From: Hamiltosporidium tvaerminnensis FI-OER-3-3
Lineage: Eukaryota; Fungi; Microsporidia
DNA length: 64,000 bases
NCBI GenBank assembly: GCA_022605425.2
Contig: CM061254.1
Location: forward strand, 715,688-779,687
Direction of reading: 5' to 3'
The notes below the pieces were generated by a model, which was given only the letters and a program-made list of their open reading frames with translations, was not told the origin of the DNA and searched no databases. Every line of letters starts with the position of its first letter. Position 1 is the first letter of the stretch. The position numbers and the translations under genes are program-made. Of this stretch, positions 23,107-34,149 are shown one piece after another.

Positions 23107-24435
23107 ATAAAATATTTATTTTAATTGAATTACAAATAAACATGTTTCTGACTTAGATTTTGAATAAAAAATATTTATTTTACTTGAATTACAAATAAAA
23201 ATAAATATTTATTGACTTAGATTTTCAATAAACATATTTCTGACTTAGATTTTGAATTAAAATAAATATTCATCGACTTAAATTACAACTAAAAAGTTTC
23301 TGTTTGACTTAAATTTTTAATAAAATATTTTTTATGTTTATTAGTCTGTAAAAATAGATATTTTTTTATAAATTAGAATTTAATTATAAATTTTGTATAA
23401 TCTAAGATAAAAGTTGGAATTTAAAATTTTTTTGTTTGATTTAAAAAAATATTTTTAATCTGTAAATTTCAGATCATTTAATAACGAAATATAATTTAAA
23501 AACAGATAATAAAATATTTTTTATATCTCGAATACAGATTTATATTTTTATATGAAAATGAATATAAGAGTTGCATTTTTAGTTGGATACAAGATGTATG
23601 TTTTAAATCTCCTATTTATGTTATTACATAAACAATTATAAAAAAAATATTCAATACACAAATAACAAAATAAAGTTATTTCTAATCTTTTTTTACAATT
23701 TTAGTTATTTTTTACCAAATATTTTTATTTTTCAATAATCACTTTATTTTCTTAAATAGATTTTCTAAGTTTGATACTTCGATTGATTAATATTTTCATC
23801 CTAGAATCGTGAAATTAAAGATCACATGTTTCTATAATATTTCTAATATTTTTACTTTAATTATATTTCTTTTTTTAATATTATTTTTTATAAAATCTCT
23901 AATCTTCTTAATTTATGAAATCAGATAGGAAAATAAATTTTTACTTTCGTTTAAGTCATGTTTATATTTCAATTCAAATTTAATACTTATAAGATGAACT
24001 CTCGTAAGTACTTAAATATCTTATTATTGAATTTGAGGTAATCTAAATTAATAATCAATATAACGATTGATTAAAGAAATACAAACCATGGGAATTATAA
24101 AGTAGTAAATTAAATTTATTTCAATAGAAAATTCGGTAGAATTAAAGAATTTTCAGTTGATATTGTATTCGTTTGTAAAAACACATTTATTTAATATTTT
24201 CTTATAAAATATTCTAGAAAATTACAAAATTAAATTACAAGAGAACATACTATTCAATACGATTAGGAATAATTAGTAAAATACTTTTGTTTAGCGCTTG
24301 AAAAACAAAAATATTGTGAAACAGAAATATAAGACAATAAACAAACTAAATTTGGATAATTAAATATAAAATTCTGAAACAAAAATTTATTTGTTTCATA
24401 TGAAATTATAAAAAAAAGGAATAAAAAACAAACAA

Positions 24436-26703
24436 ATGAACAGACAATTTTACACTTCAACAATTTTATTTCTTCTTGATTTTACAATAAAGACTTTTAA
24501 AATAGAAAATGGAAATTTTGTTATTTGGGACGAAGCGCATTTTGGAAAATTTGCACAGAGATATGCGAATAGAGAATTTTATTTTGATGTACATCCACCT
24601 CTGGGAAAAATGATGACGGCTGTGTCTAATGTTCTTTTTAATAAAGATAGAGAATTTAAATTTGAATCGTCTGAAGAATATCCAACTGGTACTGATTACC
24701 CGAGTATGCGAAGATTTCATGCTTTTATTAGTTCTTTTATACCTTTGTTAGCATACCTGACATTGATTAATCTACAATTTACACATTTTACTTCTTTGAT
24801 CACCGCCCTTTTACTTGTATTTGAAAATGGAATGGTTTCTATTTCAAGGCTTATTTTACTTGACTCACATCTTCTATTTTTTACTGCACTCACCACATAT
24901 TTTTTAACTCGATATTTGTCTCGCAAATATCTCATTAAAGATGAAATAATTAATAAGAATCTTAAGAATATTTGTGAGATTATAGAAACCAAACCTTATC
25001 TAGATCAAGAAAATGAGATAAAATCCAATTCAAGTAAAAATCTAAGTAAAAATGTAAAGACAGGTTCTAATATAGATAAAGAACCAAAACCAGACCCTAG
25101 TGCAATTCAAGATAAACCCTCGAACAATCAAACATATCTAAACTACAATCCTATTCCTACACTTTTATTTTTAGGTCTATCAATAGGATGTGTCTTAAGC
25201 GTGAAATGGATCGGTTGTCTCACAACACTTTACTCGGGTCTTCCAATAATATTCATCCTCTATAAAAAATTAATCAACAAAGATTATTCTTTGCTAAATT
25301 TTACAAAAAAATTAACCGCATTATCCATTCTTCTAATACTAACACCTATATCGATATACATTTTATTTTTTATTCTTCACTTCCGTATTCTTATATACTC
25401 AGGATCAGATGATAGTCACATGAGCTCATTATTTCAATCAAGGCTTGTAAACAGTGAGATCGGTACAGTAAATAAATATATAAATTACGGTACGGTTGTT
25501 ACACTAAAATCTTCAAAAAACGCTGGCGGTAATCTTCATTCCCACCAACATTCATACCCAGACACACCCGGAAATCACTACCAAATAACTACATACCATC
25601 ACTCAGACACCAACAACAACTGGGCGTTTCAGAAAGTCACAGATACACCAACTAATCCGCGTTTTCTTGGACATAACGATAAAATAGTCCTGTACCATAC
25701 AGAGACCCAACAATATCTCTCTATACTACAGAATCGTGTTACCTCTTCACCACTCACCACTGCCAGTATATGGACACTTGAAATCGTTACAGATATACTT
25801 GGCAAAGAACATAATGTTAAAACACTTACTACTCGATTTAGACTTAAAAATGTCGAATCAGGTTGTTACTTGTCATCTAGCAACAATAATTATCCTTCAT
25901 GGGGATATAACCAAGGAGAGGTTGTCTGTACCAAGAAAAAAGATGTTACAACACTTTGGAACATAGAAAGCAATCCATACAAATCAAACAATGAAGAACA
26001 TAATAAAGAAAGAAACCAAGAAAGTAATCAAGAACATATTAAAGAAGGCGATGACGAAAATTTACAACTAGTAAATCCTGAGTACAGAGAAGTAAGAAAT
26101 TTACAAACTTTTTTTATTTCACATTTTTTACATCTCAATACTTCAATGTTCCTCACCAATAAATCTTTTACACAAGAAAAAGACTTAGAACCTGTCAGAT
26201 TAGTAAGTAAACCTATAGAATGGTTTATTCTACGACGAGGATTAAGGATGACAGGATGGTCAACTGAAAGACCAAAATTTTACATGTTTGGAAATCCCAT
26301 CTCCTGGTACTTAAGCAATATATGTGTACTAATAGGACCCCTTATTTTACTAATAAAAACCATAAAAATAAAAAGAAATTTGAAAAACAGACTCGATCCC
26401 ACAATCAAACATAATATAGCACGAGATTATCTATGTATCTATTTATTTACAGGTGGTTGGTTATTACACTATATTCCGTTCTTCTTCGTAGGAAGAGTAT
26501 TATACTTCCATCATTACTTCCCTGCCTTGTTCTTTTCCATTTTATCTACTTCTTATGTCCTACAGCATACAAGAAAAATAAGTATTTTTATTTTATTTAT
26601 TTGTATTCTCACTTTCTTTCTCTTCTCTCCTCTCACTTACGGAATAGTAAATATAGAAAATATGAAATATTTTAAATGGATAAGTACATGGGATTTTACA
26701 TAA
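24436..26703 (+). CDS. PMT: Dolichyl-phosphate-mannose:protein O-mannosyltransferase (PMT2-like) with MIR domains
   Basis: VIWDEAHFGKF, FDVHPPLGKM, SRLILLDS, SVKWIG, LHSH (MIR), YPSWGYNQGEV and HYIPFF..GRVLYFHHYFPAL. Confidence 0.95.
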   Translation: MNRQFYTSTILFLLDFTIKTFKIENGNFVIWDEAHFGKFAQRYANREFYFDVHPPLGKMMTAVSNVLFNKDREFKFESSEEYPTGTDYPSMRRFHAFISSFIPLLAYLTLINLQFTHFTSLITALLLVFENGMVSISRLILLDSHLLFFTALTTYFLTRYLSRKYLIKDEIINKNLKNICEIIETKPYLDQENEIKSNSSKNLSKNVKTGSNIDKEPKPDPSAIQDKPSNNQTYLNYNPIPTLLFLGLSIGCVLSVKWIGCLTTLYSGLPIIFILYKKLINKDYSLLNFTKKLTALSILLILTPISIYILFFILHFRILIYSGSDDSHMSSLFQSRLVNSEIGTVNKYINYGTVVTLKSSKNAGGNLHSHQHSYPDTPGNHYQITTYHHSDTNNNWAFQKVTDTPTNPRFLGHNDKIVLYHTETQQYLSILQNRVTSSPLTTASIWTLEIVTDILGKEHNVKTLTTRFRLKNVESGCYLSSSNNNYPSWGYNQGEVVCTKKKDVTTLWNIESNPYKSNNEEHNKERNQESNQEHIKEGDDENLQLVNPEYREVRNLQTFFISHFLHLNTSMFLTNKSFTQEKDLEPVRLVSKPIEWFILRRGLRMTGWSTERPKFYMFGNPISWYLSNICVLIGPLILLIKTIKIKRNLKNRLDPTIKHNIARDYLCIYLFTGGWLLHYIPFFFVGRVLYFHHYFPALFFSILSTSYVLQHTRKISIFILFICILTFFLFSPLTYGIVNIENMKYFKWISTWDFT

Positions 26704-27453
26704 AAATAAAGGAACAATAATAGTAATTGTTATTTATATTTGTAAAATTTATATTGGTAATAGATATATCTGTAAAATTTATATCTGTAAAGTTTATATC
26801 TGTAAAATTTATATTAGTAATAGATATTTACTATACAAATCAATATTTGTAATATTTATATTAGTAATGTCTTCTATTTTTCTTATTAAGAAATTTGAAT
26901 AAAATATTTTAAATAAAAATGTTTAAAGAAGACTTAAATGTCTCTTTATTTACTTTTTGTTGGTTTTGAACACAAAAGAATTATAAAATATTTGCAACGC
27001 AACCAACAAGGGTATAAAATAACGGAAATAAAAAAAAAGGAAATGAAATGTAAAAAAAATAAAAAATATTTTTTTTAAATTTACTTGCAAGAAATATAAT
27101 AAGAGGTAATCTGAGTTAAATATATTATTTAAAACCATAATAAGTTTTATTCTAAGTAATTGATAAACTAAATATAAGAAATATAAAAATAATAAATGAA
27201 AGAAGTCATAAAATATATATTTGCTGTATTTCTTTATTCTTTTAATATAATATTAGTTGTATTTCTTTCTTTAAACTATAACTGGGTTTGTAAAGTATTA
27301 TTTTTTTAAGTTCTTATATTCCCACGTTCGTTTTCTTTATTTCTATCTCAATTCTACTCTTCTAATTTGATTAATTAAATCACGTAAATTAAATCACGTA
27401 AATTTAATCAAAGATAAAAAAATATTTTTTTTTATTTAAATTTTTACAATTAA

Positions 27454-28725
27454 ATGTTCATGAAAATACTTTGGTATTTCTGTATCACTAAATACGTATT
27501 AACTTCGTCATATTTAGAAACTTTAAGTGATGATAAGATGAATGTTTATACAATTCATACATTTATAGATAATTATATAAAAGAAATGTACAATAATGTT
27601 TCTGAAAGTGTACTGCAATCTAACGACAAGAATCATTTATTAGTTGGTTACACTGAAACTATCAACAGTAATGAAATAAGCAGATTGAGTGATTTTATTG
27701 TAGAGCGGGAATTTAAAAATATGGAGATTAATTTTTTAATGGTAAAGAATAACGAAGAAGTAGAAAAAGTATTTACAATTCCCTTTTTGATTTTGAAAAG
27801 AGAAAAATGTAAGAAAACTAAACTTACAGTACTAAAGTTCGTAGAAACAGTTGATGAAAACGAAAAAGATTCTTGTAATTATTTAAGTGCTGGTACCTTC
27901 AGAAATACAAAGTTTATCATGAAAATGTTGGTTTTCTATTTAATAATTCTACAAAAGACGGTATTTAAATGCAGAAATCCAACAGAAAATATTGGTTTAA
28001 TTGTTTATTATGGGAAATCTCAAGATTTTCTCTTAAATAATTTTCGTAATGATTATGTTGCAAATCTTGTACAGAATAATGTTTCCGCTTCTAATTTGAA
28101 TCTATTGGTAGGAAATGATTCTATTTTTAATATAAAAAAAGGAAATTTACAAAAATTTATAAATTTTTGTCATAAAAATTTTGATATAAATAGATTTACG
28201 AGTATAAAAATATTTAAACTACAAAAAAATGAAGAACGTACTTATAGCTTAGAAAATTCTATGGAATCAGGCAAATTAGACTTACTTGTAGATTCTTATG
28301 AATTACATTTTGTACCACAGATTAGTACAAAGGTAGTCTCATATTTCATTCCATACATATCATTTAAAATTTTTACAGAAAAAAAAGGTAAAATTAGAAA
28401 TAAAATATATAAATTTGAATCTAATCTTTATAAATATACATATGAAGTTGAAAACCTATCTTTAAGATTAAAAAAAGAAGAAGAAAATTTCAATGGAAGT
28501 ATTACTAGACAAGATAATTCATCAAATATTTATATTTTATATTTTAAATATAAATCACATTCAGGAAAAATATTTTGGGCAGATTTTGATCGTAAATTGT
28601 TTTCTGGTAATAAACATACAGAAGAACAAAATGATAAATTTTTTATGTTTAAAAATTTACTTTATGAAATGATAGATTTATATTTTTGTTGTAAAAAATG
28701 GTATGTCTTCCAAGAGAAAGAGTAA
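27454..28725 (+). CDS. Hypothetical, probably secreted protein
   Basis: 423-codon ORF with a hydrophobic N-terminus (MKILWYFCITKYVLTS). No family recognised. Confidence 0.7.
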   Translation: MFMKILWYFCITKYVLTSSYLETLSDDKMNVYTIHTFIDNYIKEMYNNVSESVLQSNDKNHLLVGYTETINSNEISRLSDFIVEREFKNMEINFLMVKNNEEVEKVFTIPFLILKREKCKKTKLTVLKFVETVDENEKDSCNYLSAGTFRNTKFIMKMLVFYLIILQKTVFKCRNPTENIGLIVYYGKSQDFLLNNFRNDYVANLVQNNVSASNLNLLVGNDSIFNIKKGNLQKFINFCHKNFDINRFTSIKIFKLQKNEERTYSLENSMESGKLDLLVDSYELHFVPQISTKVVSYFIPYISFKIFTEKKGKIRNKIYKFESNLYKYTYEVENLSLRLKKEEENFNGSITRQDNSSNIYILYFKYKSHSGKIFWADFDRKLFSGNKHTEEQNDKFFMFKNLLYEMIDLYFCCKKWYVFQEKE

Positions 28726-29444
28726 AATTTTATAAGTTTTAAGTAAAATTGTTTTTTTCTAAGTTTAATCTACTCTTAAATATATTTTTAAAAACTATTT
28801 ATTGCGGTTTTAATAAATAAGATAGGAAAGCAAATCGTTGTTTATTTTATTAAAAATTGTTTTTACAAGTCTAAAAGATAGATTTGAATAAACTGGTAAA
28901 TTTTGTATTTTGTGGTATAAATGAGTAAAGAAAGTCAAATACCGTGAAATTTCCAATGAATTGATAAGAGACAAATTAAAAGATTAAATAGCAAAATTTA
29001 TCTTCTAATATACTCTTGGTTTCAATAATGAACTTTTCTCAGTGAATATGAAGTTTATTATCTAGTTCTCTAATAGATTCGAAATACCAGTAAGATCGAG
29101 AGATGTAATATTTATAAATTCTCTCAATTATAAGATCTATCTTCTACTTTACAAAACTGCAAATTCAAATCAGATTTTTTTTTTACAAATAGTAAAATTA
29201 AGATTAGTTTACAATTAAATATAAAAAATTTTAGAAATTCAAACACAATTGTGGTTTAAAAAAGGCAATTAAATATTAGAATGATTGAATTGATATAAGA
29301 AATGCTTTTTTTATCAAAATTTAGTATAAAAACAGAAATAAGAAAACCTATTTCAATATATTTTTTTGAGAAATTGAATTATTTGAAATAGAATTGGTTG
29401 GTTTATAATAAATTTTCAATAATTTAAACTCACCTATTTCAGTT

Positions 29445-30124
29445 GAAGTGACATAAGTTGTATTGCTTTCATGATTAACGCAATTTATGGTTTAACATAG
29501 ATAATTGGTTAATCGGTATTCAATTATCACTCATTATACCGAAATACTAACGCTTTTACCCAGAAAGAGTGCAGAACCTTTTTAAGTTGCTGGGAACCAT
29601 CTAGACTTGGTTAATGTCAGCTTCCTGATATGTGATTGTTGTTAAAACTCTTCTGTCTCTTAAGTATCAGTAGCCCACTTCTTAATTCCATTTTTTAAGA
29701 AGCATTTAGACTTCCAACTAAAGCATACCTCGAAAACTTACATGAATTTAATCTAGGATGTTGAAATGCCATATCAACAAACCTAGATTGATTTCCAATC
29801 TTCCTAGTTTTATGAAGGATATGTATTTTCACATCTCTCAATACAAAGTCTTCTAGCCCTAGTGAAAACCCCTGTACTTATGCTCTCTACTGACAACATC
29901 CTACAAACCCAGCCGATTCTACGATCGAGTTACACATAAAACAACGAAATATATTTCTAAAAATTTTCATTATTTTATAGACTTCTTCTCATTATGTACA
30001 ATACCCATAGAGCATCCGAAAATATAGTGTGTCATTAGTATAACCAAAAATTCAAACAATTATTCCAAGCCAAATATATCTTATCATTGACAAGTAGATG
30101 TTATTTTGGTCATAATCCCTCCAC
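29445..30124 (-). mobile_element. Family A element, old degenerate copy
   Basis: ttcatgattaacgcaatt, ggtttaacata, gttaatgtc, aagtcttctagccct, gttacacataaaa, ccaaaaattcaaacaat and terminal ccctccac in colinear order. Confidence 0.78.
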
Positions 30125-30214
30125 GAAATTAGAATAATATAGAAAATTTAATTAAAAATAAAGTAAAAAATTGTTAGAGATAAGTTTAAATTAAAAAAGA
30201 TTAAAATAATAATT

Positions 30215-30307
30215 TAATAAAATTCTGAATTTAGATATTTTTTTACATTTTATATGTTTTCTTCTACCTCTTTAACAACTAATGTCTCTTCTTCCAAATC
30301 CTACTCT
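30215..30307 (-). mobile_element. ~90-bp extreme 3' end of the RLE retrotransposon with TSD
   Basis: Matches 5495-5590. AAAAGATTAAAATAATAATT at 30195-30214 and 30308-30327. Confidence 0.85.
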
Positions 30308-30366
30308 AAAAGATTAAAATAATAATTACAGTTATATAGAATCTAAAAACAATTTAAAAGACACAT

Positions 30367-33153
30367 TTATTTATTTAAAAATTCTTCTAATTTTTTAAAA
30401 TATTCATTTTGATATTTTTTAAAAAAATCATTATTACAAAGTTCAGAGACATCTGTCCATACAGCTTTATTTTCATTATTTTTAAAACTATAATAATTAT
30501 TTTCTAAATTAGAAATTATATCAGATTTTACAATCGGTAATTCATTATAAATATCATCTGAAGATTTAAATTCTTTATAATAAAACACATCACTATCAAT
30601 TATTTGTGCAGATAATTCTTTTTTAGAATTATCTTGTACCATTTCAGAAATAATATAAATTACTTTACCATACACACGTTTAACTCTACTTATGAAATAA
30701 TCATATTCTGGTGAATTTATATTTTGATTAGTTGATATATTTTTAAGGAAAGGAATTATATTATTCAGACTTTCTTTGGTCATTGAAATTTCATTTTCAA
30801 TGAAATTTAAAATTTTTAATAAAATTTTATATTCCAAATTACAAAGTAAATCAAATTTGTTAATTAAAGATTTCATAAATAAATCAATAAGTTGAAGAGA
30901 TTTACCAGATTTAATCCAACTTTTAATTAAAAATTTTTCAAAAATTTTTATATCAAATGAAGTACTTGGTAAGTAGCAGTTGGTTTTAGATTCTTTTAAA
31001 ATACCAAAATATTCATAATTTTCTTTTAAATATTCAAAAATAGAAATTATATCTGTTTCGTATTCATGTTCCTGTGTTTTAAAATCATATTGAATCAAAG
31101 GTTTAAAATCATTCTTAGTACACCCAGCACATTGAGGATTTTCATTTTCTAAAAATAAATTTTTAATTCCATTTTTATTTTTAAATCCACATAAAACCAT
31201 AAAAATTTCTTCCCAAATACTTTTTATAATAAAATTTTCTTTTTCTTCTATTTCATTCAAATATTGAAGAATTTCTTTTATTAAAAAATTTCTACAGAAA
31301 AATAAACATACGTTGTTTACATATAATTTATCTATTTTTATAAAAATATTAAAATAATTTAAATCGTTATAAAAATTATTCATTCCGTGTAAATATAAAT
31401 ATAAATTTTTTTCTTCTTTTTTCCAATAAAAATTTATTTCTTTAAAATTAACTTTTAATATTTTTAAAATTAAATTTGCATTAAAAAAATTTGAATCGAA
31501 TAGAGAAGAAACAGAACTGTAAAGAGAACAGAAATTGTATGAATAATCTTTGAACACATCTGCACATTTGTATTCAAACTGTAATAACTGATTTAGAACC
31601 AATAATTTATCAAGTAATGATTCTAAAGAAAAAGAATCATTTTTTGTTTCAGAGATTTCTATACTTTTGTCGCAAATAAAACTTTCACATAAAAAAGTAC
31701 AAAATTCATCTTCAAAAGAATCTTTTTTACTAAAATCTCCATTTTTGGCAGAATTGATTAGAAAATACAAAATATTGCAAATTTCTTTTTTTATTTGAAT
31801 TTTAAATCCATTGAAAACAATTCCTGCAAAAAATATTCCTATTTTTGACTTTCCACAAGAAGGTTCCAATTTAAATGTTCGTAAATAGCAATTCAAAGGA
31901 TTTTCAATCAATTTTTCTAAAAAATCATTGTTTTTTAAATTCGTGTCACTTAAAGAAGACACAGTACATATAAAATCACCCTCTTTATCTCCACAAACAT
32001 TTGTACTTTTATAAAATAGTTTTTCATCTTCTTCTCCATCAAAAATTACAGAACGGTTTTTGCTTTCATTTATTTTTTTCAAAACAGCTAAAAATACATT
32101 TTTCTCATCCGAAGTAAATTTTAAATCGAAATTTGAATCATCAGGAAGATAAAATAGAATATCGTTTGACATTCCTAAAAATGTATTATGATACGTCTGA
32201 AAGGTTTTGACAAGACTGTTGGTTTCAAAAAGATATCCATCGACATATAAGACATATTTATTGTTCATTTTTCCACTTAAAATTAATGGAATGGTATTTG
32301 ATTTTCTAATTTGTGAATTTATTTTTTCACAACAAAAATATTCATTTTCATCTCTTTCGTGCTGTAAATACAGCCATTTAATATCAAAATCTAATTTGGT
32401 TTCTATTTTATATTTTAAAATAAAGGAATTTACATGAATTTGATAAACAGAAATTTCATTTTGATTATTGAAAATATACATCTGACTGTCATAAAGAAAA
32501 ATATCTTTAAACGGTGGCAATTTGCATTTCTTTATCAATGGGTTTCCATTTGTAAAATATACACTGACATATGAAGAAGTATTGTAAGTTATTATTTCTT
32601 GGTTGTTGAAAACTGAAAGTGAAATGTTTTTTATTTTTGTAAAATACGGAGTTATTGGAATTTTACAAAATTTTATTTTTTCTATTTTCAAATTCCTTTT
32701 TTCATTTTCCATATCCAATAATTCTGTACAAAACGAATGAATTTGATTCGAAGTAAATACAAAAATAGAAAGTTTTTCATTTTTAGGCGAATTATTTCTG
32801 CCACCTTTTAAAATTACTGGATTTTTGAAACCTGGAATCTTTATTTTCTGAAATAAAACCAAATTAGATTCTTCTGAGATTTTAGTAAAAATATACAGAT
32901 AACTCTCAGTAATAGAAATGACATAAATTATATATTTATGAATTGAAAGAGAAGATGAAATGGGAAAAATACATTTCATTTGTAACGATTCTTTTTCTGA
33001 TACCAATGAAATAGACACTAATTCTATATATTTTTGAGATTGTAATAAAATATACAAAGTTGAATTAAAAATGAGAGAAGAGATATCATTTACAGAACTT
33101 ATAGAAGTCAACCCAGATATTTTATGACGAAGTGTAAGAGGTATTTGAAACAT
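30367..33153 (-). CDS. Large hypothetical protein (beta-rich N-terminus, helical C-terminus)
   Basis: 928-codon ORF with CCCTTA before the ATG. No family recognised. Confidence 0.8.
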   Translation of the reverse strand: MFQIPLTLRHKISGLTSISSVNDISSLIFNSTLYILLQSQKYIELVSISLVSEKESLQMKCIFPISSSLSIHKYIIYVISITESYLYIFTKISEESNLVLFQKIKIPGFKNPVILKGGRNNSPKNEKLSIFVFTSNQIHSFCTELLDMENEKRNLKIEKIKFCKIPITPYFTKIKNISLSVFNNQEIITYNTSSYVSVYFTNGNPLIKKCKLPPFKDIFLYDSQMYIFNNQNEISVYQIHVNSFILKYKIETKLDFDIKWLYLQHERDENEYFCCEKINSQIRKSNTIPLILSGKMNNKYVLYVDGYLFETNSLVKTFQTYHNTFLGMSNDILFYLPDDSNFDLKFTSDEKNVFLAVLKKINESKNRSVIFDGEEDEKLFYKSTNVCGDKEGDFICTVSSLSDTNLKNNDFLEKLIENPLNCYLRTFKLEPSCGKSKIGIFFAGIVFNGFKIQIKKEICNILYFLINSAKNGDFSKKDSFEDEFCTFLCESFICDKSIEISETKNDSFSLESLLDKLLVLNQLLQFEYKCADVFKDYSYNFCSLYSSVSSLFDSNFFNANLILKILKVNFKEINFYWKKEEKNLYLYLHGMNNFYNDLNYFNIFIKIDKLYVNNVCLFFCRNFLIKEILQYLNEIEEKENFIIKSIWEEIFMVLCGFKNKNGIKNLFLENENPQCAGCTKNDFKPLIQYDFKTQEHEYETDIISIFEYLKENYEYFGILKESKTNCYLPSTSFDIKIFEKFLIKSWIKSGKSLQLIDLFMKSLINKFDLLCNLEYKILLKILNFIENEISMTKESLNNIIPFLKNISTNQNINSPEYDYFISRVKRVYGKVIYIISEMVQDNSKKELSAQIIDSDVFYYKEFKSSDDIYNELPIVKSDIISNLENNYYSFKNNENKAVWTDVSELCNNDFFKKYQNEYFKKLEEFLNK

Positions 33154-33432
33154 TAAGGGATACCTATTTCAACTTTTTTTTTATTTTTAAAATATAAAGA
33201 AAATTACCAACCCCTTGATTTGAAACATACTTATAAACTTTCTAATAATTCACTTTGAATTCAAAATTAATCTCTGATGAACAAATATTTCAAATTTTTA
33301 TTTTACCTTACTACAAGTTATCTTTAAAAAAGAATAAAAGATAAAATATTTGTAAATCATAGATTAATTTTGAATTAAGTTACAACAAAAAATTTAAGAA
33401 AAAATGTATTTATAAATCAATTCTATTCAACA

Positions 33433-33477
33433 TTACTTACTTATTCCAGTCTTATTTTACCTCTCGGTGTTGAGGAT
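33433..33477 (-). mobile_element. 5'-truncated family B / RTE-like 3' end
   Basis: Reverse strand reads atcctcaacaccgagaggtaaaataagactggaataagtaagtaa, matching 20481-20526. Confidence 0.7.
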
Positions 33478-33894
33478 TCTATTTAATATAAAAAAGAAAT
33501 TTGCAAAACATTTAAATTTTTAAGTTGTATTTAAGCATTTAATAATGCATTCTTTGATAAATTATATTAGTATTTTTCAAATTCATCTAGAAATAAGATA
33601 AATTAATTTTGTTCAAAAAAATAAATAATAATTTTCTGGCGAATAACATTATCAATCTAAATGACATAAAGAGAATAGAAAATTTTATCTGTAAATTTTA
33701 TAGAAGATCTACATTATATGTTCCTTGATATTACTTTACTTTGTATAAGAAATATTGGTAACTATTAATATATTGTTTTTAAAATATTTTGAGCTAAATA
33801 ATCTTCTAAGTCTAAATAATATATTTATTTAGATCTTAATCTCAACGAAAGTTATCATTTGATATCTAGAAATAATTTTTTTGTAATTACAAAT

Positions 33895-34106
33895 ACAGTC
33901 TATTTTTACCCCCTCGGTGTGAAAGATAAACAAATGGAAGTTTTCCATTTTTTTCGTCTAATCTGTTGTAACTTGGGCTTAAGGAAGATTGGCCATGGAT
34001 CCAATGTCGTTTTTATCCCTCCAAACTGTCAACAATTATTTTAAGTCTAATTTCACACGCTTATTGCCAAGCAGATGGTTTTTAATGTGGTTATCCACCC
34101 TTCACC
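33895..34106 (-). mobile_element. Family B short element sharing the family A 5' head
   Basis: Reverse strand starts ggtgaagggtggataaccacattaaaaaccatctgcttggcaataagcgtgtgaaa (as in family A) and ends acaccgaggggtaaaaatagactg. Confidence 0.78.
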
Positions 34107-34149
34107 AAATCTTTTGAAAATATGATGAAATAGATTTTAATCATATAGG

